From NCBI RefSeq assembly GCF_001306055.1, contig NZ_LGHJ01000005.1, positions 8,508 to 40,507 on the forward strand: a stretch of DNA of 32,000 nt. Reading direction: 5' to 3'. Both the position numbers and the translations under genes were made by a program. Numbering within the stretch: the first letter of the stretch is position 1; the number at the start of each line of letters is the position of its first letter. Shown here piece after piece: positions 8,877 through 19,048 of the stretch. The DNA comes from Bellilinea caldifistulae. Lineage in GTDB: Bacteria; Chloroflexota; Anaerolineae; Anaerolineales; Anaerolineaceae. Below the pieces are notes generated by a model. That model had not been told where the DNA came from, searched no databases, and saw only the letters and a list, made by a program, of their open reading frames with translations.

Positions 8877-10393
8877 TCCGACTGGTCCCCCTCTCGTGCA
8901 ACGACAATACTGACCTCATCCTCGTAGAGTACTCTCCAACCCTTTTTGATTAATTTCTCTACTACGGGTTGTTGGGGCTCAATCAAAAACCAGCCGATTT
9001 TCCATTTTTCTACGGCTTCTTCCCACCCCTCACCGGTGTTGAGAATGTTCAGCCAATCCTTCAGAATTTCATCGCCAAATAGGTCGGTTCTCCCGTCAAC
9101 AAAGACCGGTGTTTCAGGCATATTCCAGATCAAATAACCTCCCCAACCGTAACTATTCCATAATCTGCCGTCCGGAATTCCCTTCTCTTTCAAATACGCT
9201 ACGGCTTTTTGAGGATAGAACCGAGCCTCATAGGCACTAACCACCACTGGATGAGTCACATAAAACCATTTTCCAATGGCAACCATTCCCAGTAATCCGA
9301 TTATCGTCATATTGATGACCCGGCGAAAGTTGAATGGAAAAACAACCTGGTTTCGACTCATCCGATTACCATGTTGATTAAAGAAATTTTTCAAATTTTT
9401 TGTAATATCAACGAAGATCTCAGGCAAATGATTACCAACGGTCAGGGTAGCAAAAATCGCAAACGGTGCAAAATTGCGTTTTGCAACCAGGGCTAAATAA
9501 GTAAATCCCAAAAAGCCGACAATTTCAAAACCACTGACCGTCTTTTTTGAATATGCGAATGAAAAGATAACAATAAAAAGTAAAACAAGAAATGGCTGCA
9601 TTGCCAGTTGATGAAAATCAGGTGACGCCCACTCATCAATCAAGGATTGCAAGGTTTGCACCCCTACGGTCTTAAAAGGAACAATCAGGGTATTTAAACC
9701 ATTCGGATTGATTAAGACACCTGACAAAGCCACCAGTATCCAAATGAAATATTTTTTCAGCCTCCCAAATCGCTTCCCTTCATTCGAGGGTATCAAGAGA
9801 GAATCCAGGATCTCGCCCGCCAGCAGAAAAAGTAGAAGAAAAATTCCCAAACCATATCCACCGTGAAGATTGGACCAAAGAACAAACAAAGTAAAAAACC
9901 ATATCGTACCCTGAAAACCGCCATGCTTCCGATATGTTCGAATCAGCCCCAATAAAATTACGAACATCAATAACGAAAATATTTGCGGGCGTGGTGACCA
10001 GACGAAAGAACAGATGATCGCAGCCAAAATCACAAACCACGCTTTAAATAAGGCTCCGCCCTCCATGATTTTATATAATATTCCCATACTGGCTACCGCT
10101 GTAATCGCTACACATAAACCCAACCCCCAAAAACCGGCATTTTCAAAAAACCAATAAAGAACAACCTCACCCAGCCAAGAATGATTAATCCAGTTCTCCC
10201 CTGCCCGGGTATAAGAAAACACATCCTTTAGCAGTGGACTTCCGTTCTGAATTGTCCATTGACCTGCCCTGAGATGCCACCACATGTCGCTGTCCAGCGG
10301 CACACGCACAGCCATGATAAACACCAGCAACAGGGTAATGCAAAACAGCAAATTATCGAGGTTTTTTTGATCTTTTTCCAAAAGGTTGATCAT
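8873..10393 (-). CDS. Polytopic membrane protein, putative GT-C-like glycosyltransferase (unassigned family)
   Basis: 506 aa. First loop 'PLDSDMWWHLRAGQWTIQNGSPLLKDVFSYT' (DxD-type). About 12 TM helices. C-terminal soluble domain 'YGWGGYLIWNMPETPVFVDGRTDLFGDE'. The start overlaps the upstream stop (ATGA at 10390-10393). Confidence 0.4.
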   Translation of the reverse strand: MINLLEKDQKNLDNLLFCITLLLVFIMAVRVPLDSDMWWHLRAGQWTIQNGSPLLKDVFSYTRAGENWINHSWLGEVVLYWFFENAGFWGLGLCVAITAVASMGILYKIMEGGALFKAWFVILAAIICSFVWSPRPQIFSLLMFVILLGLIRTYRKHGGFQGTIWFFTLFVLWSNLHGGYGLGIFLLLFLLAGEILDSLLIPSNEGKRFGRLKKYFIWILVALSGVLINPNGLNTLIVPFKTVGVQTLQSLIDEWASPDFHQLAMQPFLVLLFIVIFSFAYSKKTVSGFEIVGFLGFTYLALVAKRNFAPFAIFATLTVGNHLPEIFVDITKNLKNFFNQHGNRMSRNQVVFPFNFRRVINMTIIGLLGMVAIGKWFYVTHPVVVSAYEARFYPQKAVAYLKEKGIPDGRLWNSYGWGGYLIWNMPETPVFVDGRTDLFGDEILKDWLNILNTGEGWEEAVEKWKIGWFLIEPQQPVVEKLIKKGWRVLYEDEVSIVVAREGDQSD

Positions 10394-12075
10394 TGCGCGC
10401 TATCAGTTTGAATAAATAATTTTTCGAAATCAACTATCCGTATAGGATTTGACAGGTTGTAATAAATGACAAAGTCACCAATCTGTTTCTCGTTCCATAA
10501 AATTTTTCTCTCTTGGAGCAAACTACGCAGTTTTTGATCCAGGGCAGGATTTCGAGTGGTTATCAAAGCCACCTTGTCCGATTCCTCAACCATTTGTGTA
10601 TAGAGCGGGTAACGATCATCGCGCCGCGTATATCTTAAATCTGGATGATACGGGAATCGGGGACTGAAAATGATCTCTTCGTGTGTAAGAAACGCCAGCG
10701 GATAAGCAACCCAGTAGTTCGTATAACCCCTCAATTCGCCATTTTCCCGCAGATATTGAATTACTTCCGGCATATCTCCCATATCCACCCGTGCAGGGGC
10801 GTAAAATTGGGTTGTCAAACCCGGTGGATTGGATGCTGTACATTGCAAATTTCCCCACAGGTTGAAAAGTGCAATCAACCCGGCCAGACTTAAATATGCA
10901 GGCTTCTTTTTACCCCATTCATCCAGAACTTTTCCCCCCATCAGACTTAATACCAGCCAAACGGGTAAAAAATATCTTCCACTTGGGTCAACACCAAACG
11001 AAGTAAACACAAAACCGAGAATGAAAGTAAAGATAACCCCTTCAATCACTTTGACTTGAAACGAACGAGGCGATCTGATCCAATCCCAAAAAATTTTCCC
11101 CCATAAAAGTAATGTGAATGGGATCAATGGCAATCCCAGCCAGAAAACATCCCACGGAGGACGCAACCCGATTGCAGCAGGCAAACCCAACACTACAAAG
11201 TAGACCATATGATTAATCGTTCTTAACCAAAAAGGCTCACGCTCCACTGCCACAGCCGCACCGAATAATTCGTGAATCAGTGAGCCTAAGCCATTTTGAA
11301 ATGCAAAAAACCACCAGGGAAATGAGCCCACCAGTAATCCCACCAAAACCAGGGTTATCCTCCAGGTAATGATTCTTAAGTTTTTAATCCGGAAGGTACG
11401 AAGTAAAATTCCGATACCTGCCGGAACACTGTAAACCATAGTCAACCCATTCACCCATAATCCAAACCCACACAAAAAACCCCATAACAACCACAAAATA
11501 ACGGAGTGGCTCCCTAGTCTAAATGTACGCATTCCTGATGCACGATTAACTTCTGTATCGGCTTCACCACCGCTTTTACTAACTCGAAAACTGATTTCTG
11601 AACTTGCTTCTGAATATTTCAACAAGTAAAATGTTGTTATCAAAATTAAATTCCCGATCAGCAAGGCTTCGCCATATCCCCCTAAACTGACCGTAGTATA
11701 TAGCGTCGTATTGACCGGCGGTATTGCCAGTAATAAGGTAGCGATCAAACCGGCACGGAACGATCCAAAAAATTGATAACCGACCCAAAAACCTGTCAAT
11801 ATCGTTAAAAGATATAAAATTACCTGAACAAGCCTGATTCCAAAAACCGATTGACCAAAAGCCTTAAAAAAAAATGCTACAAGGAAGGCATCTAAACTGC
11901 CCATGTAGGCCTGTCCGTAGAAAAAGATGGGCTTTTCCCCCGCCAATATGTGGCGAGCCATTAACCCCACCACTGCTTCATCTGCATTGAAGGGAAAAAC
12001 ATTTAAAACAAGCAGGGAAACTTTCAGAGATAGCCCCAGTAAAATCACGAAGGCCAAAAGCAGGTATCGCTTCAT
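10390..12075 (-). CDS. GT-C glycosyltransferase, family 39/ArnT-like
   Basis: 561 aa. 'FPFNADEAVVGLMARHILAGEKPIFFYGQAYMGSL' first-loop motif, multiple TM helices, and a soluble C-terminal domain of about 150 aa. Confidence 0.65.
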   Translation of the reverse strand: MKRYLLLAFVILLGLSLKVSLLVLNVFPFNADEAVVGLMARHILAGEKPIFFYGQAYMGSLDAFLVAFFFKAFGQSVFGIRLVQVILYLLTILTGFWVGYQFFGSFRAGLIATLLLAIPPVNTTLYTTVSLGGYGEALLIGNLILITTFYLLKYSEASSEISFRVSKSGGEADTEVNRASGMRTFRLGSHSVILWLLWGFLCGFGLWVNGLTMVYSVPAGIGILLRTFRIKNLRIITWRITLVLVGLLVGSFPWWFFAFQNGLGSLIHELFGAAVAVEREPFWLRTINHMVYFVVLGLPAAIGLRPPWDVFWLGLPLIPFTLLLWGKIFWDWIRSPRSFQVKVIEGVIFTFILGFVFTSFGVDPSGRYFLPVWLVLSLMGGKVLDEWGKKKPAYLSLAGLIALFNLWGNLQCTASNPPGLTTQFYAPARVDMGDMPEVIQYLRENGELRGYTNYWVAYPLAFLTHEEIIFSPRFPYHPDLRYTRRDDRYPLYTQMVEESDKVALITTRNPALDQKLRSLLQERKILWNEKQIGDFVIYYNLSNPIRIVDFEKLFIQTDSAQ

Positions 12076-12175
12076 AGTTGAATGGTAGTAAAACCTTTTT
12101 GCTTGAAAATACAGTAATATTATTGTATTCAGGATTGGAATTCACTACCAAACAATTTTATCGGGGCATTACCCA

Positions 12176-13462
12176 ATGATTCAAAACCTGAAGAAAAAAG
12201 CCTTTCTTTTTGTTGTTATTTTTCTTTTCAGCCTTTTATATTTTATTGGAATTCGTGAAGTTCCCTTTCACCCAGATGAAAGCACCCAAATTTTCATGAG
12301 CCGGGATGTTGATTTTTTCTTCTCCCAACCTTCCTACCTTTCCTATAATCCAAACAATTCTGAAGATTTGCGTCAGCGATACCGATTGCTTGATCCACCT
12401 GTCAGCCGCTGGTTTATCGGCATGTTCGGCTTGATTTTTAAGGTCCCCCCGTTACCGGCCGATTGGGATTGGGGAAAATCGTGGGAAGAAAACGTACAAT
12501 CGGGTGCTTTGCCTCCCCCATCCACCCTTTTGATTTCTCGATTAGCAGTCAGTTTCGTCTTTCCGTTGCTTCTTTACTTTGCTTATAAAACGGGCGAAGT
12601 GCTGGCCGATAAGAAAACTGCCTGGCTTAACCTTGTTTTTACAGCCTTGAATGCCTTAATCCTGCTCCATACTCGCCGGGCAATGGCAGAAAGTCTTTTA
12701 GCCTTTTTTTCTTGCCTTTCTCTTTATCTTCTGGTTTCAGGGAAAAAGCCCGTTTGGCTGCTGGCAGTTCCAATCGCATTGGCATTTAATGCCAAATACT
12801 CAACCGCTCCACTGGTTTTGGCTGGATGGATTAATTGCCTGATGAGTTCTTCAAATTCGCCTTTCCACCATCGTTTGAAACCGGTGCTGCTTTATTCAAT
12901 TATTTTTATCCTGACTACATTTTTACTCAATCCGGTTTTATGGTCATCCCCACTGGATGCTTTGAAAGCTGCCGCCAAAGAAAGACAAAATTTATTAGCC
13001 GCTCAAACGACTGCAATTGGAGGTTTCAATCCCTCTCAAACACCCCAAACCGTTCCAGAACGTTTATTGGCACTAATCGCCCAGATTTATATCGCCCCAC
13101 CAGCGGTTGCTGATGTTGGAAACTATCTTTCTGCTACAGAACTCCCCGCCCAAATTTACTTCTCCCGCCCATGGAATAATCTAACCAATGGATTTTTCAA
13201 GGGAGGCTTCTTTCTTTCCCTGACCATCATTGGCCTGTTCTGGATGATCCGCCGGCATTGGAGTTCAATATGGAAATTTTCAAATCCGGCCACTCTTTTT
13301 CTGCTGACTTTTATCGTTCAATTCGCTGGAATTATCGGTGGAATTCCACTCGCTTTTCAGAGGTACTATCTACCCCTTATGCCTTACATCACCTTCTTCA
13401 TTGGATACGCCATAAGCCAGGGGATTGATCTTGGTAAAAACACAATCAAACGTTCGATTTAA
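12176..13462 (+). CDS. Polytopic membrane protein, putative GT-C (PMT_2-like) glycosyltransferase
   Basis: 428 aa. 'VPFHPDESTQIFMSRD' acidic loop after TM1, and many TM helices. Divergent from the 10390-12075 gene. Confidence 0.45.
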   Translation: MIQNLKKKAFLFVVIFLFSLLYFIGIREVPFHPDESTQIFMSRDVDFFFSQPSYLSYNPNNSEDLRQRYRLLDPPVSRWFIGMFGLIFKVPPLPADWDWGKSWEENVQSGALPPPSTLLISRLAVSFVFPLLLYFAYKTGEVLADKKTAWLNLVFTALNALILLHTRRAMAESLLAFFSCLSLYLLVSGKKPVWLLAVPIALAFNAKYSTAPLVLAGWINCLMSSSNSPFHHRLKPVLLYSIIFILTTFLLNPVLWSSPLDALKAAAKERQNLLAAQTTAIGGFNPSQTPQTVPERLLALIAQIYIAPPAVADVGNYLSATELPAQIYFSRPWNNLTNGFFKGGFFLSLTIIGLFWMIRRHWSSIWKFSNPATLFLLTFIVQFAGIIGGIPLAFQRYYLPLMPYITFFIGYAISQGIDLGKNTIKRSI

Positions 13463-13463
13463 G

Positions 13464-13508
13464 AAGGATTGGCATGGCGCCGGGATGTCAGAAGTCATGC
13501 CAATCCTT
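13464..13508. terminator. Perfect 13-bp hairpin between convergent genes (possible bidirectional terminator; no clear U-tract)
   Basis: 'aaggattggcatg' (13464-13476) pairs with 'catgccaatcctt' (13496-13508), with a 19-nt loop. It sits between stop codons at 13462 (+) and 13530 (-). Confidence 0.45.
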
Positions 13509-13529
13509 TAAGTCCCGCAAGCAACAAAA

Positions 13530-14657
13530 TCAAATATGCTTGTAATATACTCGATGATTCTTATAGGGTATTCCCCCGACATTGATCAGATCTTTTCGCA
13601 TTTGAACAGCCGTTTCTGCCACCTGGGTCAATTCAAAATGTTCAAATCCATATTCCTTGATGGTTTTATCCATTTCTGAATATAACAAGGCATTTCCACC
13701 TCGTCCCTGATATTCCGGTAGAATTCCCGCTCCATTTAAAGACACCCATTTCGTTCTCTTCATTTCCGCCAGTAAATCAATAATTGCCCAGGGCGTCAAC
13801 CGGCCTTTTGCCCGTTGTAGTGCCGCCGAAACATCTGGAAAACCGAACAGGAATCCCACAATCTTATCCCCATAGAGAATGACTTTAATCAAACGCGGAT
13901 CGGCAATCGTCAACAGGTTCTGCACCACAAAATCAATCTCCCGCTGCGTCAAGGGGTAATATTCCCAATTGTTCACAAAAGTCTTGTTATAGGCTTCTCC
14001 AATTTGAGGTGCGTAAGCCTTTAATTCCCGCTTGGTATTAAAGGTTACTACCCGAAAAGTGCCCTTTTCCTTGACCCGCTGGGCAACCAGATGAACTTTT
14101 TCTGGCATCTGAAATTTATCCCGATGAAGATAACACGAGACGAAGTCCACTTCTTTTTGAAATCCCAAATTTTCTACCAGCTTCACGTAATAGGGAGGGT
14201 TGTAATTCATCATCACCATCATTTGGCGGTGTTCAAATCCTTCAATTTGAATACCGTAACCATCAAACGGACTTAAGCCTTTGGGACCAACCACTTCATT
14301 CAATCCACGAGCATGCGCCCATTCAAACACCCGATTGAACAAAGCGTTAGCCACATCTTGATCGTCAACACATTCGAACAAATAAAACTGAGCCTGACGG
14401 GTGTCATGGTATTCGTTGAAAGGCTTATTCTCCAACGCTCCAATACGGCCAACCATTTCCCCATTCATGCGAGCCACAAAAAACTCCCCTTCGGAATGTT
14501 CATAAAAGGGATGTTTTTTCGGATTCAACATCAACTTGATATCACTCAGAATGGGCGGTACCCATTGAGGAATATTTCGATAAATTTTGAAGGGAAATTC
14601 AACAAATTCATTGACCGCTTTTTTATTGGATAAGTCAACCTTTTCAATTGTGATCAT
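13530..14657 (-). CDS. GNAT-superfamily N-acyltransferase-like protein (two-lobed, about 375 aa)
   Basis: C-terminal half carries a GNAT motif-A-like 'GILPEYQGRGGNALLYSEM'. The conserved-looking N-terminus is 'FPFKIYRNIPQWVPPILSD...HPFYEH'. Substrate unknown. Confidence 0.5.
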   Translation of the reverse strand: MITIEKVDLSNKKAVNEFVEFPFKIYRNIPQWVPPILSDIKLMLNPKKHPFYEHSEGEFFVARMNGEMVGRIGALENKPFNEYHDTRQAQFYLFECVDDQDVANALFNRVFEWAHARGLNEVVGPKGLSPFDGYGIQIEGFEHRQMMVMMNYNPPYYVKLVENLGFQKEVDFVSCYLHRDKFQMPEKVHLVAQRVKEKGTFRVVTFNTKRELKAYAPQIGEAYNKTFVNNWEYYPLTQREIDFVVQNLLTIADPRLIKVILYGDKIVGFLFGFPDVSAALQRAKGRLTPWAIIDLLAEMKRTKWVSLNGAGILPEYQGRGGNALLYSEMDKTIKEYGFEHFELTQVAETAVQMRKDLINVGGIPYKNHRVYYKHI

Positions 14658-14816
14658 CTCTCACCTCACAAGGGATTAATGATGAAAATTACAAACTGAT
14701 GATTGAGTATACTCCCTTTTGCATGACCCAAGCAAAAATTCTGGTTATATTTTGGAAAAAAATATCTGCAAACTTTTGGATAAATAAGGTAATATAAAGT
14801 ATATATAGGTGTGACC

Positions 14817-16871
14817 ATGCCCAATCGTTTAATCAAAGAAACCTCTCCATATCTTCTACAGCATGCCCACAACCCCGTGGACTGGTATCCATGGGGCGAT
14901 GAAGCCTTGCAAAAAGCAAAACTGGAAAATAAGCCCATTTTTCTCTCCATCGGTTATGCTGCGTGTCATTGGTGCCATGTAATGGAAGAAGAATCTTTCA
15001 AAGACCCTCGCACCGCCAGTTACCTCAATCAATACTTTGTGCCCATCAAAGTGGATCGAGAAGAACGCCCCGATTTGGACAATCTATATATGAGCGCGGT
15101 CATTTCAATGACGGGTCAAGGTGGCTGGCCGATGAGCGTTTTTTTGACGCCTGACCTTAAACCTTTCTATGGGGGAACCTACTTTCCGCCGGTTCCACGC
15201 TATGGAATGCCCTCTTTTTTGGAAGTTTTAGAAGGCATTCAGCAGGTTTGGCAAACCAATCGGCAAAACATCGAATCGGTTGCCGAAAAAGTTTCAGAAT
15301 ACCTTCAGGAAACCAATCAGTGGCGTACTGTTACCGCATCTCAAATCAACCCGGAGCTGTTGGATCAAGCCGCAACAAACTTGATTCGGCATTACGACCG
15401 TCAAAATGGGGGCTGGGGCCGTGCGCCTAAATTTCCACAGCCCATGGTGATTGAGTTTCTTCTACACCGTCATTTCAGGGGCCAACCCGAATCGCTGGAG
15501 ATTGCACGACACGCGCTCGATGTGATGCAAGGGGGTGGTCTATGGGATGTTGTTGGGGGTGGTTTTCACCGTTACAGCACCGATAGTCGCTGGCTGGTGC
15601 CCCACTTTGAAAAAATGCTTTATGATAACGCCCTGCTTGCCCAGACCTATCTTCATGCCTACCTGCTGACCGGTGACATTGAATATCGTTACACCTGCGA
15701 ACGGACTTTGGATTTCATTTTACGAGAAATGACCCATTCCTCAGGTGGTTTTTATTCAAGCCTGGATGCCGACTCGGAAGGCGAAGAAGGCAGGTATTAT
15801 CTTTGGAGCAAAACCGAAATTCTCACAGCCCTTCAAAATCTTCCGGAAAGAGAGATTTTTCTGGCGACTTACCCACTACCAGATGAGGGAAATTTTGAAG
15901 GCAAAATTATCTTACAGAGTCGCGCTCCTTTCAATATTCTTGCTGCCGACCAGGGCTTACCGGTGCAAGAATATCTGAAACAGCTGGATATTCCTATCCA
16001 GGCACTTCACAGAGCACGCAGTGAACGGATTCGTCCTCACACGGATGACAAAATCATTGTTTCTTGGAACGCTCTGGCATTGCGTGCCTTTGCCGAGGCC
16101 GGTCATTATTTACAACGGCAAGATTATTTACTGGCAGCCCAAAGAAATGCCGCGTTTATTCTTGAAAATTTGATAAGCGAAAACACTCTTTATCGCACAT
16201 GGCGGCAAGGTATTTCTCGAACCCCGGCGTTTTTGGAAGATTATGCGGGTTTGGCGGTTGCCTTGCTTACCTTATATCAATTCGATGACAATTCCCGGTG
16301 GTATTTTGAAGCGCAGAGACTTGTGGAGTGGGTGATTGGTCGGTTCAAAGACCCTGAGGGCGGATTTTTCGATGCTGCCCAACAATCCTCAAATATACCC
16401 CTCCTCCCTAAATATCCACAGGACAACCCCATTCCATCGGGAAACGCCTTGGCTGCTCACGCCTTGATGCTTCTCTGGGCATTGGATGAACGCAGTTCCT
16501 ATCAGGAAATCGCTCTTGAATTACTGGCAACTCTACAACAAACCGCCGCAGAATATCCAACCGCCTTTGCATATTGGCTGCAGATTCAGGATTTTGCCGC
16601 TGGCCCAATTCAACAAGTCGCGCTGGTATCTCCCTCCTCATCTTTCCAGCCCCATTTGCAATGGTTTAGTCCGGCGGTGACACCCTACCATCCGCGTCGT
16701 ATTCGGGTATATGCTTCTCTGCCGCTTTCCGAACACGCCCCAAAAATTTTTGAGGAAAAATCCACAATACAAAATCAACCTACGGCTTATATCTGTCAAA
16801 ACTTTTCCTGTAAACAGCCGTTGGTGGACTTTGAGCAATACGTTCGAACCATTTCGGAAGGGTTAGCATAA
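14817..16871 (+). CDS. Thioredoxin-domain protein of the YyaL/DUF255 (SSP411-like) family
   Basis: Highly characteristic N-terminus '[33 protein letters not shown]...[22 protein letters not shown]', followed by a long alpha/alpha-barrel-like region. I prefer the ATG at 14817 (AGGTG 6 nt upstream) to the track GTG at 14811. Confidence 0.85.
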   Translation: MPNRLIKETSPYLLQHAHNPVDWYPWGDEALQKAKLENKPIFLSIGYAACHWCHVMEEESFKDPRTASYLNQYFVPIKVDREERPDLDNLYMSAVISMTGQGGWPMSVFLTPDLKPFYGGTYFPPVPRYGMPSFLEVLEGIQQVWQTNRQNIESVAEKVSEYLQETNQWRTVTASQINPELLDQAATNLIRHYDRQNGGWGRAPKFPQPMVIEFLLHRHFRGQPESLEIARHALDVMQGGGLWDVVGGGFHRYSTDSRWLVPHFEKMLYDNALLAQTYLHAYLLTGDIEYRYTCERTLDFILREMTHSSGGFYSSLDADSEGEEGRYYLWSKTEILTALQNLPEREIFLATYPLPDEGNFEGKIILQSRAPFNILAADQGLPVQEYLKQLDIPIQALHRARSERIRPHTDDKIIVSWNALALRAFAEAGHYLQRQDYLLAAQRNAAFILENLISENTLYRTWRQGISRTPAFLEDYAGLAVALLTLYQFDDNSRWYFEAQRLVEWVIGRFKDPEGGFFDAAQQSSNIPLLPKYPQDNPIPSGNALAAHALMLLWALDERSSYQEIALELLATLQQTAAEYPTAFAYWLQIQDFAAGPIQQVALVSPSSSFQPHLQWFSPAVTPYHPRRIRVYASLPLSEHAPKIFEEKSTIQNQPTAYICQNFSCKQPLVDFEQYVRTISEGLA

Positions 16872-17620
16872 AAGCTGAGCATGACTTGATTAAATAACCC
16901 GGGCTGATCAATAGGTAAGGCATGACCACCGCCCTCGATGATCACATGACCGCCGTTAGGTAACAATTCAACTAACCTTTTTTGCAAGTACAATGGTATG
17001 GTTGTATCCTTTGCTCCGCTAACAACCAGCACCGGGTTTGTGATCCTTTTGGCCAATTCCCGCCCATCAAACCGGGTTAATGCCAGCATGGCCTGGCGAT
17101 ACACCTTTGGATCAGCCTGTTTAATGCTTTGAGTAAGCATTTCCCGAAAAAGTCTTTTGTCATCGCTTGGGAAAATTCTACTGGCAACCAATTCAGCCTG
17201 AGCTTGTGGAGAAAGGAAAAACGCCCGCACCCCTCTGCGAACAAAATACCGAAACTCACTCCATCTGCGGGGACGTAACACAGCAAAAGTGTTGACCAGC
17301 ACCGACATCAGCACAAGATCAGGATATTCTGCTGCAAGTTTCAACCCGATAACTCCCCCCATTGAAATCCCCATTAATCCCATTTTTTTGATCCCCGCGG
17401 AACGCAGAATTTGGACCAACTCTTGGGTAACCCGATCAAAATTCCACTGATCACCCTCAAAAATGGATTTTCCAAAGCCCGGTAAATCCGGTGCAATTAC
17501 CCGATAACCAGCATCCAAAAGCGCAGGTATTTGAAAATACCATGACTCGGCATTTGCCCCCAAACCATGAAGCAGGAGAATTGGAAAACCATCCTGTCGG
17601 CCTTCACTTATAATATTCAT
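16796..17620 (-). CDS. Alpha/beta-fold hydrolase
   Basis: 274 aa. '[14 protein letters not shown]' oxyanion region and 'GISMGG' nucleophile elbow (GxSxG). The 3' end overlaps the convergent upstream gene by 76 nt. Confidence 0.85.
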   Translation of the reverse strand: MNIISEGRQDGFPILLLHGLGANAESWYFQIPALLDAGYRVIAPDLPGFGKSIFEGDQWNFDRVTQELVQILRSAGIKKMGLMGISMGGVIGLKLAAEYPDLVLMSVLVNTFAVLRPRRWSEFRYFVRRGVRAFFLSPQAQAELVASRIFPSDDKRLFREMLTQSIKQADPKVYRQAMLALTRFDGRELAKRITNPVLVVSGAKDTTIPLYLQKRLVELLPNGGHVIIEGGGHALPIDQPGLFNQVMLSFYANPSEMVRTYCSKSTNGCLQEKF

Positions 17621-17710
17621 AGAAGTTCTCCCTTTGAGGAAAATTTCACAATTTTGTTCATGAATTTTTCTTATAAGTTTATAATACTATCAACACCTCA
17701 GGAGGAACAA

Positions 17711-18991
17711 ATGGAAAAATTTATTATAGAAGGCGGACATCCTCTGCATGGAGAGGTAACCCCAGCAGGCAATAAAAATGCAGCACTTCCATTGCTGGCA
17801 GCCTGTTTATTAACCGATGAACCGGTAATCCTGAGAAACGTTCCAGATATTCTGGACGTTCGTACAATGCGAGCCTTACTCGAAAGTCTTGGTGTTGAAA
17901 TTAAACCACTGGATACCCACACATGGCAGGTTCAAGCCAAAGTCATCCGTCCTGCCGACCTGGATCCCGATTTGACTCGTAAAATTCGTGCTTCTATTCT
18001 TCTGGCAGGACCGATGACCGCCCGTATGGGTGAATTGCGGCTGCCTCCGCCGGGAGGAGATGTCATTGGCCGTCGAAGAGTGGATACCCATATCCTCGCA
18101 TTGACCAAACTTGGCGCCAGGGTAACTTACGACCGTTATTTTTACTTTTCTGCAAGCGGTTTAACCGGTGCGGATATTCTGCTGGACGAAGCCAGTGTAA
18201 CGGCAACTGAAAACGCAATTATGGCTTGTGTAACCGCCAGAGGTAAAAGCGTAATCCGTAATGCTGCTTCCGAACCACATATTCAGGAATTGTGCCACTT
18301 TTTGAATACCCTGGGTGCAAAAATTGAAAATATCGGCTCTAATACCTTACATATCACCGGGGTCGAGAAACTTCATGGGGGTGAATTTACTATTGGTCCA
18401 GATTACTTAGAGGTAGTCAGTTTCATTGGGGCTGCCGCGGTGACGAAAGGTGAAATTTGGATCCGCAACGCTGGTAATCAGTATCTGGATATGATACGTT
18501 TGGTATTTGGACGATTAGGAGTTCACTGGGAAACCCATGGAGATGATATTTTCGTCCCTTCAAAGCAGAAACTGGAGATTGAACCTGATCTGGGAAACGC
18601 AATTCCAGAAATCAGCGTGATGCCCTGGCCCTCTTTTCCAACCGATTTGATGAGCATCGCCCTTGTCGTCGCTACCCAATCAAAGGGGACAGTTCTCTTT
18701 CATGACTGGATGTACCCAAGTCGCATGTTTTTCACCGATAAGCTGGTGGGAATGGGTGCCCAAATCGTACTTTGTGACCCACACCGCTGCATCGTGCAAG
18801 GCCCCACGGAATTGTATGGTGAAAAAATGGAAAGTCCGGATATCCGCGCCGGAATGGCTCTGGTACTCGCCGCTCTTTCTGCCAAAGGCACTTCGGTGAT
18901 CCGTAACATTGGTCAAATTGACCGTGGTTACGAAAAAGTAGATCAGAAACTCGCAGCCCTTGGGGCCAAAATTCAGCGAGCGATCGAATAA
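17711..18991 (+). CDS. murA: UDP-N-acetylglucosamine 1-carboxyvinyltransferase (MurA), Asp-type active site
   Basis: 'MEKFIIEGGHPLHGEVTPAGNKNAALPLLAA' is a typical MurA N-terminus. Active-site loop is 'LPPPGGDVIGRRRVDTH'. The ATG at 17711 lies 5 nt after a GGAGG. The track start at 17567 overlaps the divergent hydrolase gene and was rejected. Confidence 0.9.
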   Translation: MEKFIIEGGHPLHGEVTPAGNKNAALPLLAACLLTDEPVILRNVPDILDVRTMRALLESLGVEIKPLDTHTWQVQAKVIRPADLDPDLTRKIRASILLAGPMTARMGELRLPPPGGDVIGRRRVDTHILALTKLGARVTYDRYFYFSASGLTGADILLDEASVTATENAIMACVTARGKSVIRNAASEPHIQELCHFLNTLGAKIENIGSNTLHITGVEKLHGGEFTIGPDYLEVVSFIGAAAVTKGEIWIRNAGNQYLDMIRLVFGRLGVHWETHGDDIFVPSKQKLEIEPDLGNAIPEISVMPWPSFPTDLMSIALVVATQSKGTVLFHDWMYPSRMFFTDKLVGMGAQIVLCDPHRCIVQGPTELYGEKMESPDIRAGMALVLAALSAKGTSVIRNIGQIDRGYEKVDQKLAALGAKIQRAIE

Positions 18992-18996
18992 CCATC

Positions 18997-19029
18997 AAAA
19001 AAAATCCCGGTGAGCCCGGGATTTTTTTT
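18997..19029. terminator. Bidirectional rho-independent terminator shared by murA (+) and trxA (-)
   Basis: A8-'tcccgg'-loop 'tgagc'-'ccggga'-T8. The GC stem is flanked by an A-run and a T-run, so either strand sees a hairpin followed by a U-tract. Confidence 0.8.
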
Positions 19030-19048
19030 GAAAGTTTGTATTTTTTTT

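Noticed and set aside
17567-17710. 48-codon N-terminal extension of the MurA ORF in the track (start at 17567).
   Set aside because: It overlaps the start of the divergent hydrolase gene and translates to low-complexity sequence. The ATG at 17711 has a GGAGG 5 nt upstream and begins a canonical MurA N-terminus.
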